64,000 nucleotides of DNA from positions 21,266,001 through 21,330,000 of the forward strand of contig OX597840.1 in the NCBI GenBank assembly GCA_951406725.2, written 5' to 3'. This document shows, one piece after another, positions 25,326 through 38,003 of this stretch. Position 1 is the stretch's first letter. The number at the start of each line of letters is the position of its first letter. This stretch comes from Octopus vulgaris (lineage: Eukaryota). Below the pieces are notes generated by a model, which searched no databases, was not told the DNA's origin, and saw nothing but the letters and a program-made list of their open reading frames with translations. The position numbers and the translations under genes were made by a program.

Positions 25326-26988
25326 TTCGTCACATTATCAAAGTAACACATGTTGGAAGCTTCTCTAAGGTAACAACACACAAACAAACAAGGCCAGGCT
25401 GACGGACGGACGGACAGACATGGCTGTTGTCTTAGCTGTATTTACCATATGACTAATTGAGTGGAGAGTACAAAAACAGAACAGGAGAGCAGAGAAGGAA
25501 TTCAATAAAATAGGTCTGCAACGAATTTTGCTATCCAGGAGTGAGCACAGCTGTGTGGGTAGGAAGTCCGTTTCCCAGCCATGTGGCTTTGGGTTCAATC
25601 TCACTGCATGGAACTCGGGCTACTGCCTTCTATTCTAGCCCTGGGCCAACCAAAGCTGTGTGAGCTGATTTAGTGAACAGAAGTTCAAAGAACTCCCAGA
25701 CGTTTATATATGAGGGGATGCTGAAAAGTTCCTGGCTTTAAGGGTTTCACGAAGGGCCTGTTTGGGGGCCCAACCTTCCGAGTTCTTTTACAGGCCTTAG
25801 AAAAACTGAAGGACCACTTCAGTCAGTATGTGAATCTGAGAGGGGAATATGTTGCATAAAATCATAATTAATTGATCCCCCTAATGAACTACTGTGAATC
25901 CTTAATTTACTGTTTTGTTTGCATAGGACCCCAAACCAGTGCCTTTTACATGGCACGATCACCAGTGCTTTTTACGTGGCACCTTATTAAGATCTCAATT
26001 TTGTCGTGGTGGGTGCATAAACCAAAAATCATTCCATCAGATGTAACAGATGTGGGAAATAACATCTTGTTGATCACATGATCAGTCATCTGCTCTTCCA
26101 ATCTGGTCACATGAAGCTCTGTGTGTCCTTTGCTCAGTGTATCAGTATGTTATCATTTCCTCTCCATTTATCAACCCTTCACCCCACCCCATTCCTCCCA
26201 GCTGCCCTCCACACATTCTTTCTTACTCATATTTTCTGGTTTCTGAAACACTTCCTACATGTAATGCGTTCAGTTTTTGACAAGCAGTTGATGTTGGGTT
26301 TGTTTCCTTCAGGTAATTCCTATTACACGTATGCACCTGTGTACGTATATACTCTTGTTTCGCTTTACAGATACACCTGTGTATGTATGTGTAAATGAAT
26401 CCATAATCATGCATGTGAGAGCACACACACACACACAAGAAACTGGGATGACAAAGGAAATAAACAATTGTGTTATGAACTTCATTTACTTTACAGCCGT
26501 TTCTGTTATAGGTTGCGATACATTTATAGTTTGACATTTTGTTCTAAAGTATTTGTATACTGAGTTCTAACACAAGATTATTAGCACAGCAATACCCAAG
26601 TGAAATATCAAATATAAAGACACACACACACAATTTTTATCTGTCCCTTTCTAGTTTCATTTTCCATTGCGTTACCCCATATTTGTCAGTCTTATGGCTG
26701 CACGCCCATTTTTCATTGTATTATGTTTGTTCATGTGCCCCTCTCGTATACATATACATCTAAAAATATGTCTGCACAAGTCGTATGCATGTATCTACTA
26801 TCAACAGCCTTTTCTCCAATCAAATTATTTTGATAAGAAGACACTCCTCTGACCAATAGCTAAAGGCTTCAAACAAGGATATTCATTCAGGGTATGGTGG
26901 GTGGGTTCTGGTTACATATTTGGTGTAGAATTCCCACCAGTAGCATTCGTGTGATACCTCCCTGCCACCCACCTCATCATCATCATCA

Positions 26989-27026
<38 letters not shown>

Positions 27027-28639
27027 TTCATGTGTGTTTGTGTGTGTTAATGTCTCCTTGCCTTGAAATCCCATGAGAGTTGTAAATGAGTGTCATGTCA
27101 TGCAAGTGGTGTCCATCATTTCCAATCTTCCCTGAAGACATGTCTGATCCAGATTCCCTTACTCAGAAACAGGTGAGGGTTGGCAACAGCAAGGGCGTCC
27201 AGCCAGAGGAAGTCCAGTTCAGCAAATTCAGTCTTAACCCCTAGCATGGCCGCAATCTAATGACTGAAACAAGCGAAAGGCTAATGGTAAGAAGCTTGCT
27301 TCCTTCCCAACTGCATGGTCCTGGGTTCAGTCCCACTGCATGACACCTTGGGCCAAGGTGAGGGTTGGCAACAGCAAGGATGTCCAGCCATAGCAAGTCT
27401 ATGTGTGTATGTCTTTGGGTCTCTGTCCTCCTGCCGCTACTTGACAATCGGTGTTGGTTTGTTTATGTTCCTGTGATTTAGTGGTTCGGCAAAAAGAAAC
27501 CGACAGTATAAGTACCAGGCTTTGAAAAAAAAAAGCAAGTTCTGGAGTCAATTTGTTTGACTAAAACGATTCAAGGTGGTGCTACAGCATGGCCACAATC
27601 AAAAGAAGGGTGATTTGAGGAAGATTTGGCAGTTTTCTCTAGGTGGTAGAGCAACCTCCTGTAGGGGCACCCATGTCAGCTCCTGTCCAATAAATAAGCA
27701 CCAGTAGAAAGTATGGAGGAAGGACCCCAGAGATATCCCTGTTCATACATTCCAGTAGAGAAAGGTGGGGGGGAGGGTGCCACCCTTCCATGCACCCTTT
27801 GCTGAAAGGGGGGTGGTATATAGTTGCTTCCTCTTCCATAGTCACCTTTGCTTTTTATCCCTTCGAAGGATGTCCCCAGTTGATATGTTTTAACATCTTT
27901 GAAGTAAGTGGATCATACCCAGAAAGGTTTCTGTTTACTAAACTGCACGGCAGGGTGGCAGGGTGGCTGGTTCATCAGTGAAATGACATTGTGGCAACTG
28001 TACAAACAGAGGCAGACAGGCACACAAATAAACACACACACACACAGAAGCAGACAGACACACAAACACATAGGCAGATAGACACACAAACAAACACACA
28101 CATACACCGAGGCACACAGACACACACACACAGAGCCAGACAGGCACACTAACACACATACACACAGGCACACTAACACACATACACACAGGCAGATAGA
28201 CACACAAACACATAAATACACACACAAACACACACAAACACACACACACATAGACATACAAACACAGAGGCAGACTGACAAACAGACACAAACATACAGA
28301 GATAGACAGACAGACAGACAAAGACATATACAGAGAGAGAGGCAGACTTGTAACAGCTGTTTTCCTTTCTCAAGCTGCAGCAACACAGCATCACTATCAT
28401 CATCATCATCATCATCATCATCACCTTTCCATTCCGAAGACAAAAGTCTGAGAAGTTCTCGTTAATGAATTTAGCAACGTTTATTGTTCCCAACCTAGGA
28501 CACACAGACACACACACTGTTGCTGCTGCACCAGCACTGCCACTGCTCTTACCACAACCATCACTACCATCAGCAGCACCACCACAGCCACCACTACCAC
28601 TACACCACCGACAGCAGCCACTTCTACCACCACCACCAC

Positions 28640-28860
28640 CACAATGAAAACTTTGCGTGGGCCTCTGAGCAGATTGCCAAGAACTTTGACAAAATTTGAT
28701 GCAGATTCTCTGCACAACTTCCTCTGCCATGGTCAATGCGACAATCGCACGCTACACACCTTCCTTCCAGGTGCTGCTGTAAACAGTGGAAGCGAGCTAG
28801 AACGTTAAAACTGTGTGCATAAGTTCAAGGTCAATCTGTGCCAAGCAGCTTCACTCTCCA
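28640..28860 (-). mobile_element. mariner transposase N-terminal remnant
   Basis: MAEEVVQRICIKFCQ resembles the mariner HTH start (EQR..IKFC); frameshifted downstream. Confidence 0.6.
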
Positions 28861-29022
28861 TGCTTTACCTTCGTTACTATGGCAACAGTCCAGATACTTA
28901 TTGATCAGACCAGGCCAACGGACCCCTCTGGTACCTATTTTACTCTGATGGACCTCCATAGCCATTCATTGGTTGAGAACCACTGATGTTTATGAAGGTC
29001 TGATCAGGGGTCAGCCAGGATT

Positions 29023-29055
<33 letters not shown>

Positions 29056-29093
29056 CAACCACTTCCAGACTAACTGTTTAACAAAGTTAAACA

Positions 29094-29251
29094 TGGAGTG
29101 GCTGTGTGGTAAGTAGCTTGCTTCCCAACCACATGGTTCCGGGTTCAGTCCCACTGTGTGGCACCTTGGGCAAGTGTCTTCTACTATAGCCTCGGGCCGA
29201 CCAAAGCCATATGAGTGGATTTGGTAGATGGAAACTGAAAAGAAGCCCGTC

Positions 29252-29293
<42 letters not shown>

Positions 29294-29505
29294 CGTGTGT
29301 GTGTTTGTGTGTCTGTGTTTGTCCTCCTAGCATTGCTTGACAACCGATGCTGGTGTGTTTACGTCCCCGTTACTTAGCAGTTCGGCAAAAGAGACCGATA
29401 GAATAAGTACTGGGCTTACAAAAGAATAAGTCCCGGGGTCGAGTTGCTCGATTAAAGGCTGTGCTCCAGCATGGCCGCAGTCAAATGACTGAAACCAAGT
29501 AAAAA
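29094..29505 (+). mobile_element. SINE family A copy
   Basis: Full consensus. Confidence 0.85.
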
Positions 29506-30418
29506 TAATTAATGAACTGATTTAATAATAAAAGCAACAGAATTGAACCCAGTCCTATAATGACTCTCCCCTAGAAAACATCAACACCTTCAAGACATTT
29601 CTATAAATTTCTGAAACTTCCAACAGTTAGTAAACAGAAACCTTTCTGGGTATGATACCCATACTTCAAAGATATTAAAACACATCAACTGGGGACATCC
29701 TTCGAAGGGACAAAAAGCAAAGGTGACTATGGAAGAGGAAGCAACTATTTACCGACCCTTTCAAACAAATTGACTCCAGAACTTGCTTTTTTTTTTTTTT
29801 TCAAAGCCTGGTACTTTTGCATTCACCCAAAACTGTTGTGGTTAGCAACCCCCACCCGACACGTACCCTTTCGAATCCTTACCACTGAGTATCTATATAT
29901 AAACACACTGCAACTAGAATGCATAACATTTAAACAACAAATCACTAAAGGGGTACATACATGTGTATGTGTGTGTGTATTATATATATATATATATATA
30001 TAATATATGTACTTCACATATGGCAGTAGAAGGGGTAGGGGTGACAAAGGTGCCTTTATATTCATCAGATGGCAGTATTAATAGCAACAGTAGTAGTAGT
30101 AGTGGTTGGTGGTGGTGGTGGTGGCAGTAGCAGTAGTAAAGAGAATGGGAGGTGTGTGTGTGGAAGAGGTGGTGGTGGTGGTGTTGGCAGTGACATTCCT
30201 GACATAGCTCAACTGCCCAGAAAGACTTAGGAATAAAGGCAGGGATGGGTGGGGGGAAAGAGTGAAGACATATGAAGGACAAGAAGGGAAGATGAAAGCA
30301 GGTTGGATAGGATGGTGGTGGTGGTGGTTGTGGTGGTGGTGGGTGGTTGGTAACAGAAATGATTTATTATCTACTAAGGTCACATGAAGCAATGACACTG
30401 CAAATTACAATAAAGAAT

Positions 30419-30463
<45 letters not shown>

Positions 30464-30551
30464 ATGACAGAGATATATAGACAGAGGTTGACGATGAAAG
30501 AGAGATATTATAGAGAAATAGACAGCGAGAGAGATATAAAGAGAGAGACAG

Positions 30552-30588
<37 letters not shown>

Positions 30589-30663
30589 TAGATAGATAGA
30601 TAGACAGAAGGATAGATAGATAGATAGGCAGTGAGAAAGAGACTGAGATAAATAGACAATAAA

Positions 30664-30696
<33 letters not shown>

Positions 30697-30910
30697 TAGG
30701 CAGTGAAAGGAAACGAATTAAGGACAGGAAATATGGATCCCAAAAGCTTTTACTGTTCAAAAAATGGCCAGTCACAATCAATATCTCAAAGATTTGGTCA
30801 AATGGAAAGAGACTTAGAAGACCTTTTATTTCACCTGATATCCACCCCGTTTTAGGATGTTAGGTCAAACATTACATTGATAAGGGTGGCATTAACAAAA
30901 AAAAAAAAAA

Positions 30911-31472
30911 GCTGTGTGGTAAGTAGCTTGCTTATGAACCATATGGTTCTGGGTTCAGTCCCACTGCGTAGCACCTTGGGCAAGGTCTTGTACTATAAGC
31001 CTCGGGCCAACCAAAGCCTTGTGAGTGGATTTGGTAGACGGAAACTGAAAGAAACCTGTCGTGTATATATATATATATATATATAACACCTAGTATAACA
31101 CCTACGCTAATTCTATAAACAATCCTGAATTGAACTGAGACTGCCAGCCGCCACTGACCATTCAAAATACGACCATCAGGGCACTCCCAGATTCTCCCAC
31201 CCCCTTTCCTCACCAGCCTTCCCTCTACTACCCTACCAAGAACTCACAACTACCTCGAACACACAAGTGCAAACAAGGGAGTCAGAGAAAGGCAGAATGC
31301 CACTTAAATCTGAACACTACTATAGAAATATTCTTTTAAAAAAACTTTTCTTCTAATTTTTCTAAATTTAATTATTTAATCGTTACAGTTGAAAAGGTCT
31401 CAAAATGACCGAAACCGGTACTGAAATGTTCACTATAAAATTATTTTAGCATTTTCTATTTTTTACTTGTTT

Positions 31473-31524
<52 letters not shown>

Positions 31525-31733
31525 ATATGTATGTGTGTATATGTTTGTCCCTCCAGCATCGCTTGACAACCGATGCTGGTGTGTTTATGTCCCTGTAACT
31601 TAGTGGTTCAGCAAAAATACTGATAGAATAAGTACAAGGCTTACAAAGAATAAGTCCTGGGGTCGATTTGCTCGACTAAAGGCAATGCTCCAGCATGGCC
31701 ACAGTCAAATGACAGAAACAAGTAAAAGAGTAA
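30911..31733 (+). mobile_element. SINE family A copy split by a ~400-bp hammerhead-bearing insertion in its (TA)n tract
   Basis: SINE 5' half 30911-31065, foreign sequence ~31085-31476, SINE 3' half 31540-31733. Confidence 0.75.
31383..31426 (+). ncRNA. minimal type I hammerhead ribozyme motif (Penelope-like), U3-A8 core variant
   Basis: cag-TTGAAAA-GGTC(tcaaaat)GACC-GAAA-CCGG-TA-ctg: stem I cag/ctg, stem II 4 bp, palindromic stem III ACCGGT, GUA cleavage triplet. Confidence 0.65.
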
Positions 31734-33454
31734 AGGCTTTTGAATTCACAATCGGTCTTCTGCTAATCAGTCAGTTTGGTAGGGCGTAAGATTAAAAGAG
31801 GGGCCAAATGAGAGAGCCTTTATGTGGTGGAAAAGTTCCTATAAGGGTATCACGGAAGGCCTGGTTGGAAGCCCAACCTTCTGAGTTCTTTTACAGGGCT
31901 TACAAAAACCGAAGGACCACTGCAATAAGTGTGTGAATCTGAGAGGGGAATATATTGAATAAAATCATAACTGACCCTCCTGTATTTTCTTTTGCTTAAA
32001 GCCAGGAATTTTCCAGCCCCACCCCTCATATATTAACAGCATTCCAATCATAACTAAACCTGTCTTTTCCTCTTTTTCACAGGGGGGGTGGGGCATTCAG
32101 ACTACATTTATGCAATGTTCTTTGTTTCGCTTATCTCTCACCTCCTGTTTACATAAGGTGGGGGGAATTAAAAGGGGTTTTTTTTCTCTCCCAATTATAA
32201 AGGCACCTTTCTCACCCCATTAGTGGAATTCCCTGATTAAATAGATGTATTATCAAGCTTTCCAGCAATGACCCCCACCCCCACTGTATATCAGAGACTA
32301 CATTACCCAATGTGTTCCTTCTGTTTTTATTTGTTTCAGACATCAGACAGCGGCCATGCTGGGGCACTGCCTTGAAGCATGTTACTTGAATTCCCTGGTT
32401 AAATAGATGTAGAGTCAGAGGTGTTCCAGCCCAATGTATATATATGTGTGTGTCCGTGTGTCCCCCCCCATTCACTTGCCAACTGCTGTTGGTGTGTTTA
32501 TGTACTCAATAACTTAATGGCACCTTTATCCCTCCATTTGTTGATTTCCCTGACTATAGCCAAAGGTGTTCCAACAATGACCACCCTCCCGTATATCAGA
32601 GGCTACATTACCCAATCTATTCGCCATCAGACTGTGGCCATGCTGGGGCACCACCTTCAAGAATGCTAGTTGAATGAATCAACCTCTATTTATTTATTAA
32701 AAGAAATCTTTTTTTAAGCCAGCTACTTATCAGTCTCTTTTGCTGAACTGCTAAGTTACAAGGACATAAACACACCAACACCAGTTGTCAAGCGGTGGTG
32801 GGGACAAACACACACATGTGTATATACAACAGGCTTCTTTCTGTTTCCGTCAACCAAATCCACTCACAAGGCTTTGGTTGGCCTGAGGCTACAGAAGATA
32901 CTGGCCCAAGGTGCCACGCAGTGGGACTGAACCCAGAACCATGCGGTGAGGAAGCAAACTCCATACTATACATCCACTATTCAGTAGGAAATAGTTTGAA
33001 AGAGAATTAGCAACTATTTCTAGCAATCAAAGTGGCCACAAAGGAGCTCCCTCATTGGTCTGTTATTCTTTCAGTGTCAAAGAAAGAGTTTGTTGTTCTT
33101 TGATTAATATTGGAGTTAGTTTTTGATATATATATATATATATATGTGTGTATATATATGTGTATATATATGTATGTGTGTGTATATGTTTGTGTGTCTG
33201 TGTTTGTCCCCCTAGCATTGCTTGACAACCAATGCTGGCGTGTTTACGCCCCCATAATTTAGCGGTTCAGCAAAAATGACCGATAGAATAAGTACTAGGC
33301 TTACAAAGAATAACTTGTGGGGTCGATTTTCTCGACTAAAGGCAGTGCTCCAGCATGGCCACAGTCACATGACTGAAACAAGTAAAAGAGTAACAAAATC
33401 TTTCATGGACCCTGCCCAAGGATCACGTGGACCCTGGATGAGAACCACAGCTTC

Positions 33455-33633
33455 AAAGGAAAAGACATGGAGACTAAACAAATTTCCTAGGACAAAACAA
33501 AATGTCAGAAGCCAAGACAGATTCTGTACCAAGTCATCGGCCACTTATTGGCAACAATTGAAGAGATTTTTAAACTAACAAGATTGCTTTCCATAAGTGG
33601 CACTCACTATCAAGGAGTGGCGGAAGATTATTT
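33455..33633. repeat. dispersed direct duplication, copy 2 of 4884-5063
   Basis: Same sequence as 4884-5063; substitutions occur only near the edges. Confidence 0.85.
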
Positions 33634-35160
33634 ATCTTGTTGCCATCACAGGAAATCACATGGCCAGACAAAGTCTGTCTTGAAATTGTGATTTATCAGT
33701 TTTAATGCTGTTGTACATGTCTTTCTGCTTAATGGTTCTTCTATCGCTGCTGCTATAAGTACACTGAAGTCTACGCTTCCTTAATGAGGTCAGAAGACCG
33801 AAATATCTCCAGAGCCAGTCTCTTGTATTTTGCTGAAATAATTAAAATAATATTAGTCATTGGCTAATATTGTTTTTTTCTTTTCTTTTCTCTTTTCTTT
33901 CCTTGCCACATAATTATTCCTCGTTAGCTTTTTAATGATGCTGCCTTCATTAAATAGGTTAACACTAACTTGATCGCTCTCCTACGTAGCTTGCCATCAT
34001 CATCACCATCTGATGTTGACTAACCACTCCCTCATATAGCTTGCTTTTGCCTTCATCTTTTTCATGTTAACACTACTCAGCCACTCTCCCACCACCACCA
34101 CCATACAGCCTGCCTTTATTACCATTTAATATTAGCGCTACTCAACCACTCTTCCATGTAACCAGGCTGGTGGAATTCTACAAGAGTCCATAAAAATGTA
34201 CAGTATCTGGTTCAATATGAGTTAAAATTTCAAATTTCACTGGTATCATCATCATCATCATCCTCCTCAACATCACTTTTACCATGTTTGTGTGGGTTAG
34301 ACGGGGTTTGTTGAGAAAGATTTTCTGAGGGGTTCAATGCCCTTCCTGTTGCCAACCCCCACCTGTTTCCAAGAAAGGTAACATTTCCCAATGGTCGACA
34401 CCAGTACTTATTTTCTAAGCCTGATATTTATTATTCTATCACTCTTTTTTTGCCAAAGCGCCAAGTTACAGGGATGTAAACAAACCAACACACACACATT
34501 CCTCACACATACACACACACGACAGGCTTCTTTCAGTTTCCGTCTACCAAATCTACTCACAAGGTTTTTATCAGCACGAGGCTATAGTAGAAAACACTTG
34601 TCCAACGTGCACAGCAGTGGGACTGAACCCAGAACCATGTAGTTGGGAAGCGAGCTTCTTACCACACAGCCATGTGAAGTTTTAATACTAATTTCTCAGT
34701 GGTTTTAACTCTTCACTACAAGATGTGGCAGTGCAAGATGTCTTTCGGAAATCACCAAGTAGCAGACTCCCTTTCTGATCTTTCCCCCGACATGTCTACT
34801 CCAGATAAACACAATACCAAACAGTGCAGAAAGTATCAATAAAGGCCCTTTTGTTGCTGCCATTGATAGGAATTCCTTCAGAAGCCTTTGTGTAAACCTG
34901 TGATAATACAATTGCCAAATTCACATCACACGTAGACGGCAGATCGCAGGCCATCTCCATGAATTATTCAAACAAAGACATTTAAATATGGCTCAATATT
35001 ACGAGCTTTTTATAGGTAAAATATGCGAATATTGAATCCATCAAACAACAGAATTGGGGGAGGAGTGTGGGGGTGGCGTGAAGGTTTCTATCTGAAGACC
35101 AAGCGACCAAATAAGGCAGCATTAAAGGAAATTTTATTTAATATATGGGAAAATATAACT

Positions 35161-35361
35161 CTCTTTACTCTTTTACTTGTTTCAGTCATTTGACTGCGGC
35201 CATGCTGGAGCACTGCCTTTAGTCGAGCAAACCGAACCCGGGACTTATTCTTTTGTAAGCCCAGTACTTATTCTATCGGTCTGTTTTGCCGAACCGCTAA
35301 GTGACAGGGACGTAAACACACCAGCATCGGTTGTCAAGCAATGCTAGGGGGACAAACACAG

Positions 35362-35401
<40 letters not shown>

Positions 35402-35565
35402 ACATATACACGACAGGCTTCTTTCAGTTTCCGTCTACCAAATCCACTCACAAGGCATTGTTCGGCCCGGGGCTATAGCAGAAGACACTTGCCCAAGGTG
35501 CCACGCAGTGGGACTGAACCCGGAACCATGTGGTTGGTTAGCAAGCTACTTACCACACAGCCACT
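35161..35565 (-). mobile_element. SINE family A copy
   Basis: Full consensus; inverted relative to the copy at 36052. Confidence 0.85.
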
Positions 35566-36051
35566 CTAAATTGTAAAAATGACGTATTAACGAGCTATAT
35601 TTAATGAATAAATACTATATTATCAACAAAAATGTATTTTTAAAAAATCTTTTTGTGGTTGTATTCCTGGTGTTTGAAGTAATTCAAAAAACAATGAAAA
35701 ATTTAGGAAAACAATTTTGTCGTTGGCGTTTGGAACATAAGCAAAAGGAAGTTTTGAGGGTTGGTTACACCATATCTATCCTCTCACACCTACCCTACAA
35801 TGTCATTCTAAATATAAACAACCACATCACTGAAATCTCTAAGCTATGAGATAATGGATGATTTAGTAGAAACGATGTGGATAAATAAAGATTACATTTG
35901 ACAGAATAATCCAGATTCTAAAGGGATAAACAGACCAGATCTGGCTTCTTGCACCTACCCAACAATGTCTTTGCTAAAATACACAATCACATCTTTGAAA
36001 TCTCAAAGCTACGAGATAACGGATGATTAATTCAAATAAATAAATAACAGA

Positions 36052-36452
36052 GGCGCAGGAGTGGCTGTGTGGTAAGTAGCTTGCTAACCAATCACATGGT
36101 TCCGGGTTCAGTCCCACTGCGTAGCATCTTGGGTAAGTGTCTTCTGCTATAGCCCCGGGCCAACCAATGCCTTGTGAGTGGATTTGGTAGATGGAAACTG
36201 AAAGAAGCCTGTCGTATATATGTATATATATATGTATGTCTGTGTGTTTGCGTGTCTGTGTTTGTCCTCCTAGCATTGCTTGACAACCGATGCTGGTGTG
36301 TTTGCGGTCCTGTCACTTAGCAGTTCGGCAAAAGAGACCAATAGAATAAGTACTGGGCTTACAAAGAATAAGTCCCGGGGTCGATTTGCTCGACTGAAGG
36401 CGGTGCTCCAGCATGGCCACAGTCAAATGACTGAAACAAGTAAAAGAGTAAA
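36052..36452 (+). mobile_element. SINE family A copy
   Basis: Full consensus including the ggcgcagga head. Confidence 0.85.
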
Positions 36453-36908
36453 AGAGAGAGAGAGAGAGAGAGTTGAGCGAGTGATGTGGATGCTGAAGTA
36501 GCAGACATGGAAGGAATGGATGAGAGAGAAGAATAGAAAAGAGAAGTCACAAGTGTGAATGAAAGAAAAGGGAGGAATGAAATCTAGTTTGCTAACACTC
36601 ACAACAATCACACGATGTTAAGACAAAGATACACAACAGGCTTCTTTTCAGTTTCCAGCTACTGAATCCACTCACAAGGTTTGATGGATCTGGGGCTATA
36701 ATAGAAGACATTTGTCCAAAGTGCCAAGCAGTGGGACTGAACCCAAGACCACATGGTTGGGAAGCATGAGGCACCTGTACCTATCCTGTAGTGACCATCA
36801 CTTACAAGGATATAAAAGCGTAGTGATTGCAAAACTGACCAATACAAAAAGGCAGACCCCGACCAAAGCAAAAGGGAGCAAAAAAAAGAATAAAAAAATC
36901 ACTCTTAC

Positions 36909-36990
36909 CAAATCAGTAAAGTCCAATAAATATTGATTGCTTACCTGAAAAAGATGAGAAAACATTTTGTTATTAAAGGTGTGTAATACA
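36909..36990 (-). other. candidate recursive splice site (3'SS immediately regenerating a 5'SS) with 36-nt cryptic RS-exon
   Basis: Minus strand: AG-free stretch, then ttttctcatctttttCAG|GTAAGC (junction 36945/36944). A second donor TTG|GTAAGA lies 36 nt downstream (36909/36908). Confidence 0.55.
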
Positions 36991-37636
36991 GTATCATTAA
37001 CAACAACAACAGCAACAACAATGATTTCATTTATTTGCCACCAGGGCAAAGGACGAAGGGGACAATGCAAGGACAGATTGTGGAGGTTTACATATAATGG
37101 AATAAAATAAATTAAAAAACAGTGTAAGTATGGATGGTGTGCAATGGAAGGGAAAGGAAATATCTGGAGTGTAAAAAGGTTTAAAAGAATTGGGTAAAAG
37201 TTGTGAAACTGGCAAGAGTGGATGGGAGTTGAAGAGAAGGAATTGGAGAGGGCACTCGCTCTTGGGGTTACAGGGAAATCTCAGACAGTGGGGTTTCTTG
37301 ATTATCCCTAGAGGTCATCTTGTATTAAGAGCACTACATCTCTATCAATAACAATATTAATAATAATAATAATAATAATAGAACTTCCAACCTGTTGTCT
37401 CTTGAGGTCTCTGGGAGAGACTTGGAGCAAACTTGTACAGACATAAAGCAAAAGTCAAACTTAGAATAATAATAATAATCATCATCCTTTAACGTCCGTT
37501 TTCCATGCTGGCATGGGTTGGATGGTTTGACTGGGGGACTGGCAAGCAAGTAGGCTGCACCAGGGTCCAATCTGATCTGGCAGTGTTTCAACAGCTGGAT
37601 GCCCTTCCTAATGCCAACCACTCTGAGAGTGTAGTG

Positions 37637-38003
37637 GGTGCTTTTTATGTGCCACCGGCATGAGAGCCAGTCAGGCGGCACTGACATCAACCACATTCAG
37701 ATGGTGCTTTTTATGTGCCACCGGCATGAGAGCCAGTCAGGCGGCACTGACATCAACCACATTCAGATGGTGCTTTTTATGTGCCACCGGCATGAGAGCC
37801 AGTCAGGCAGCACTGACATCAACCACATTCAGATGGTGCTTTTTATGTGCCACCGGCATGAGAGCCAGTCAGGCGGCACTGACATCAACCACATTCAGAT
37901 GGTGCTTTTTATGTGCCACCGGCATGAGAGCCAGTCAGGCGGCACTGACATCAACCACATTCAGATGGTGCTTTTTATGTGCCACCGGCACGGGGAGCCA
38001 GTC
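37637..38003. repeat. minisatellite, 66-bp unit x ~5.5, inside a SINE-like element
   Basis: Unit ggtgctttttatgtgccaccggcatgagagccagtcaggcggcactgacatcaaccacattcagat starts at 37637, 37703, 37769, 37835, 37901 and 37967; one substitution among the full copies. Confidence 0.95.

Larger units (their letters stand above)
27803..29764. repeat. ~140-bp inverted repeat pair (27803-27945 / 29624-29764), ~1.7 kb apart
   Basis: tagttgcttcctcttccatagtcacctttgct...catacccagaaaggtttctgtttactaa versus ttagtaaacagaaacctttctgggtatg...agcaaaggtgactatggaagaggaagcaacta. Confidence 0.85.

Noticed and set aside
37637-38003. CRISPR-like periodic array, or repeat-protein ORFs 37638-38012 and 37660-38019
   Set aside because: Units are identical head-to-tail with no unique spacers, there are no cas genes, and the context is a eukaryotic SINE. 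The ORFs exist only because 66 is divisible by 3.
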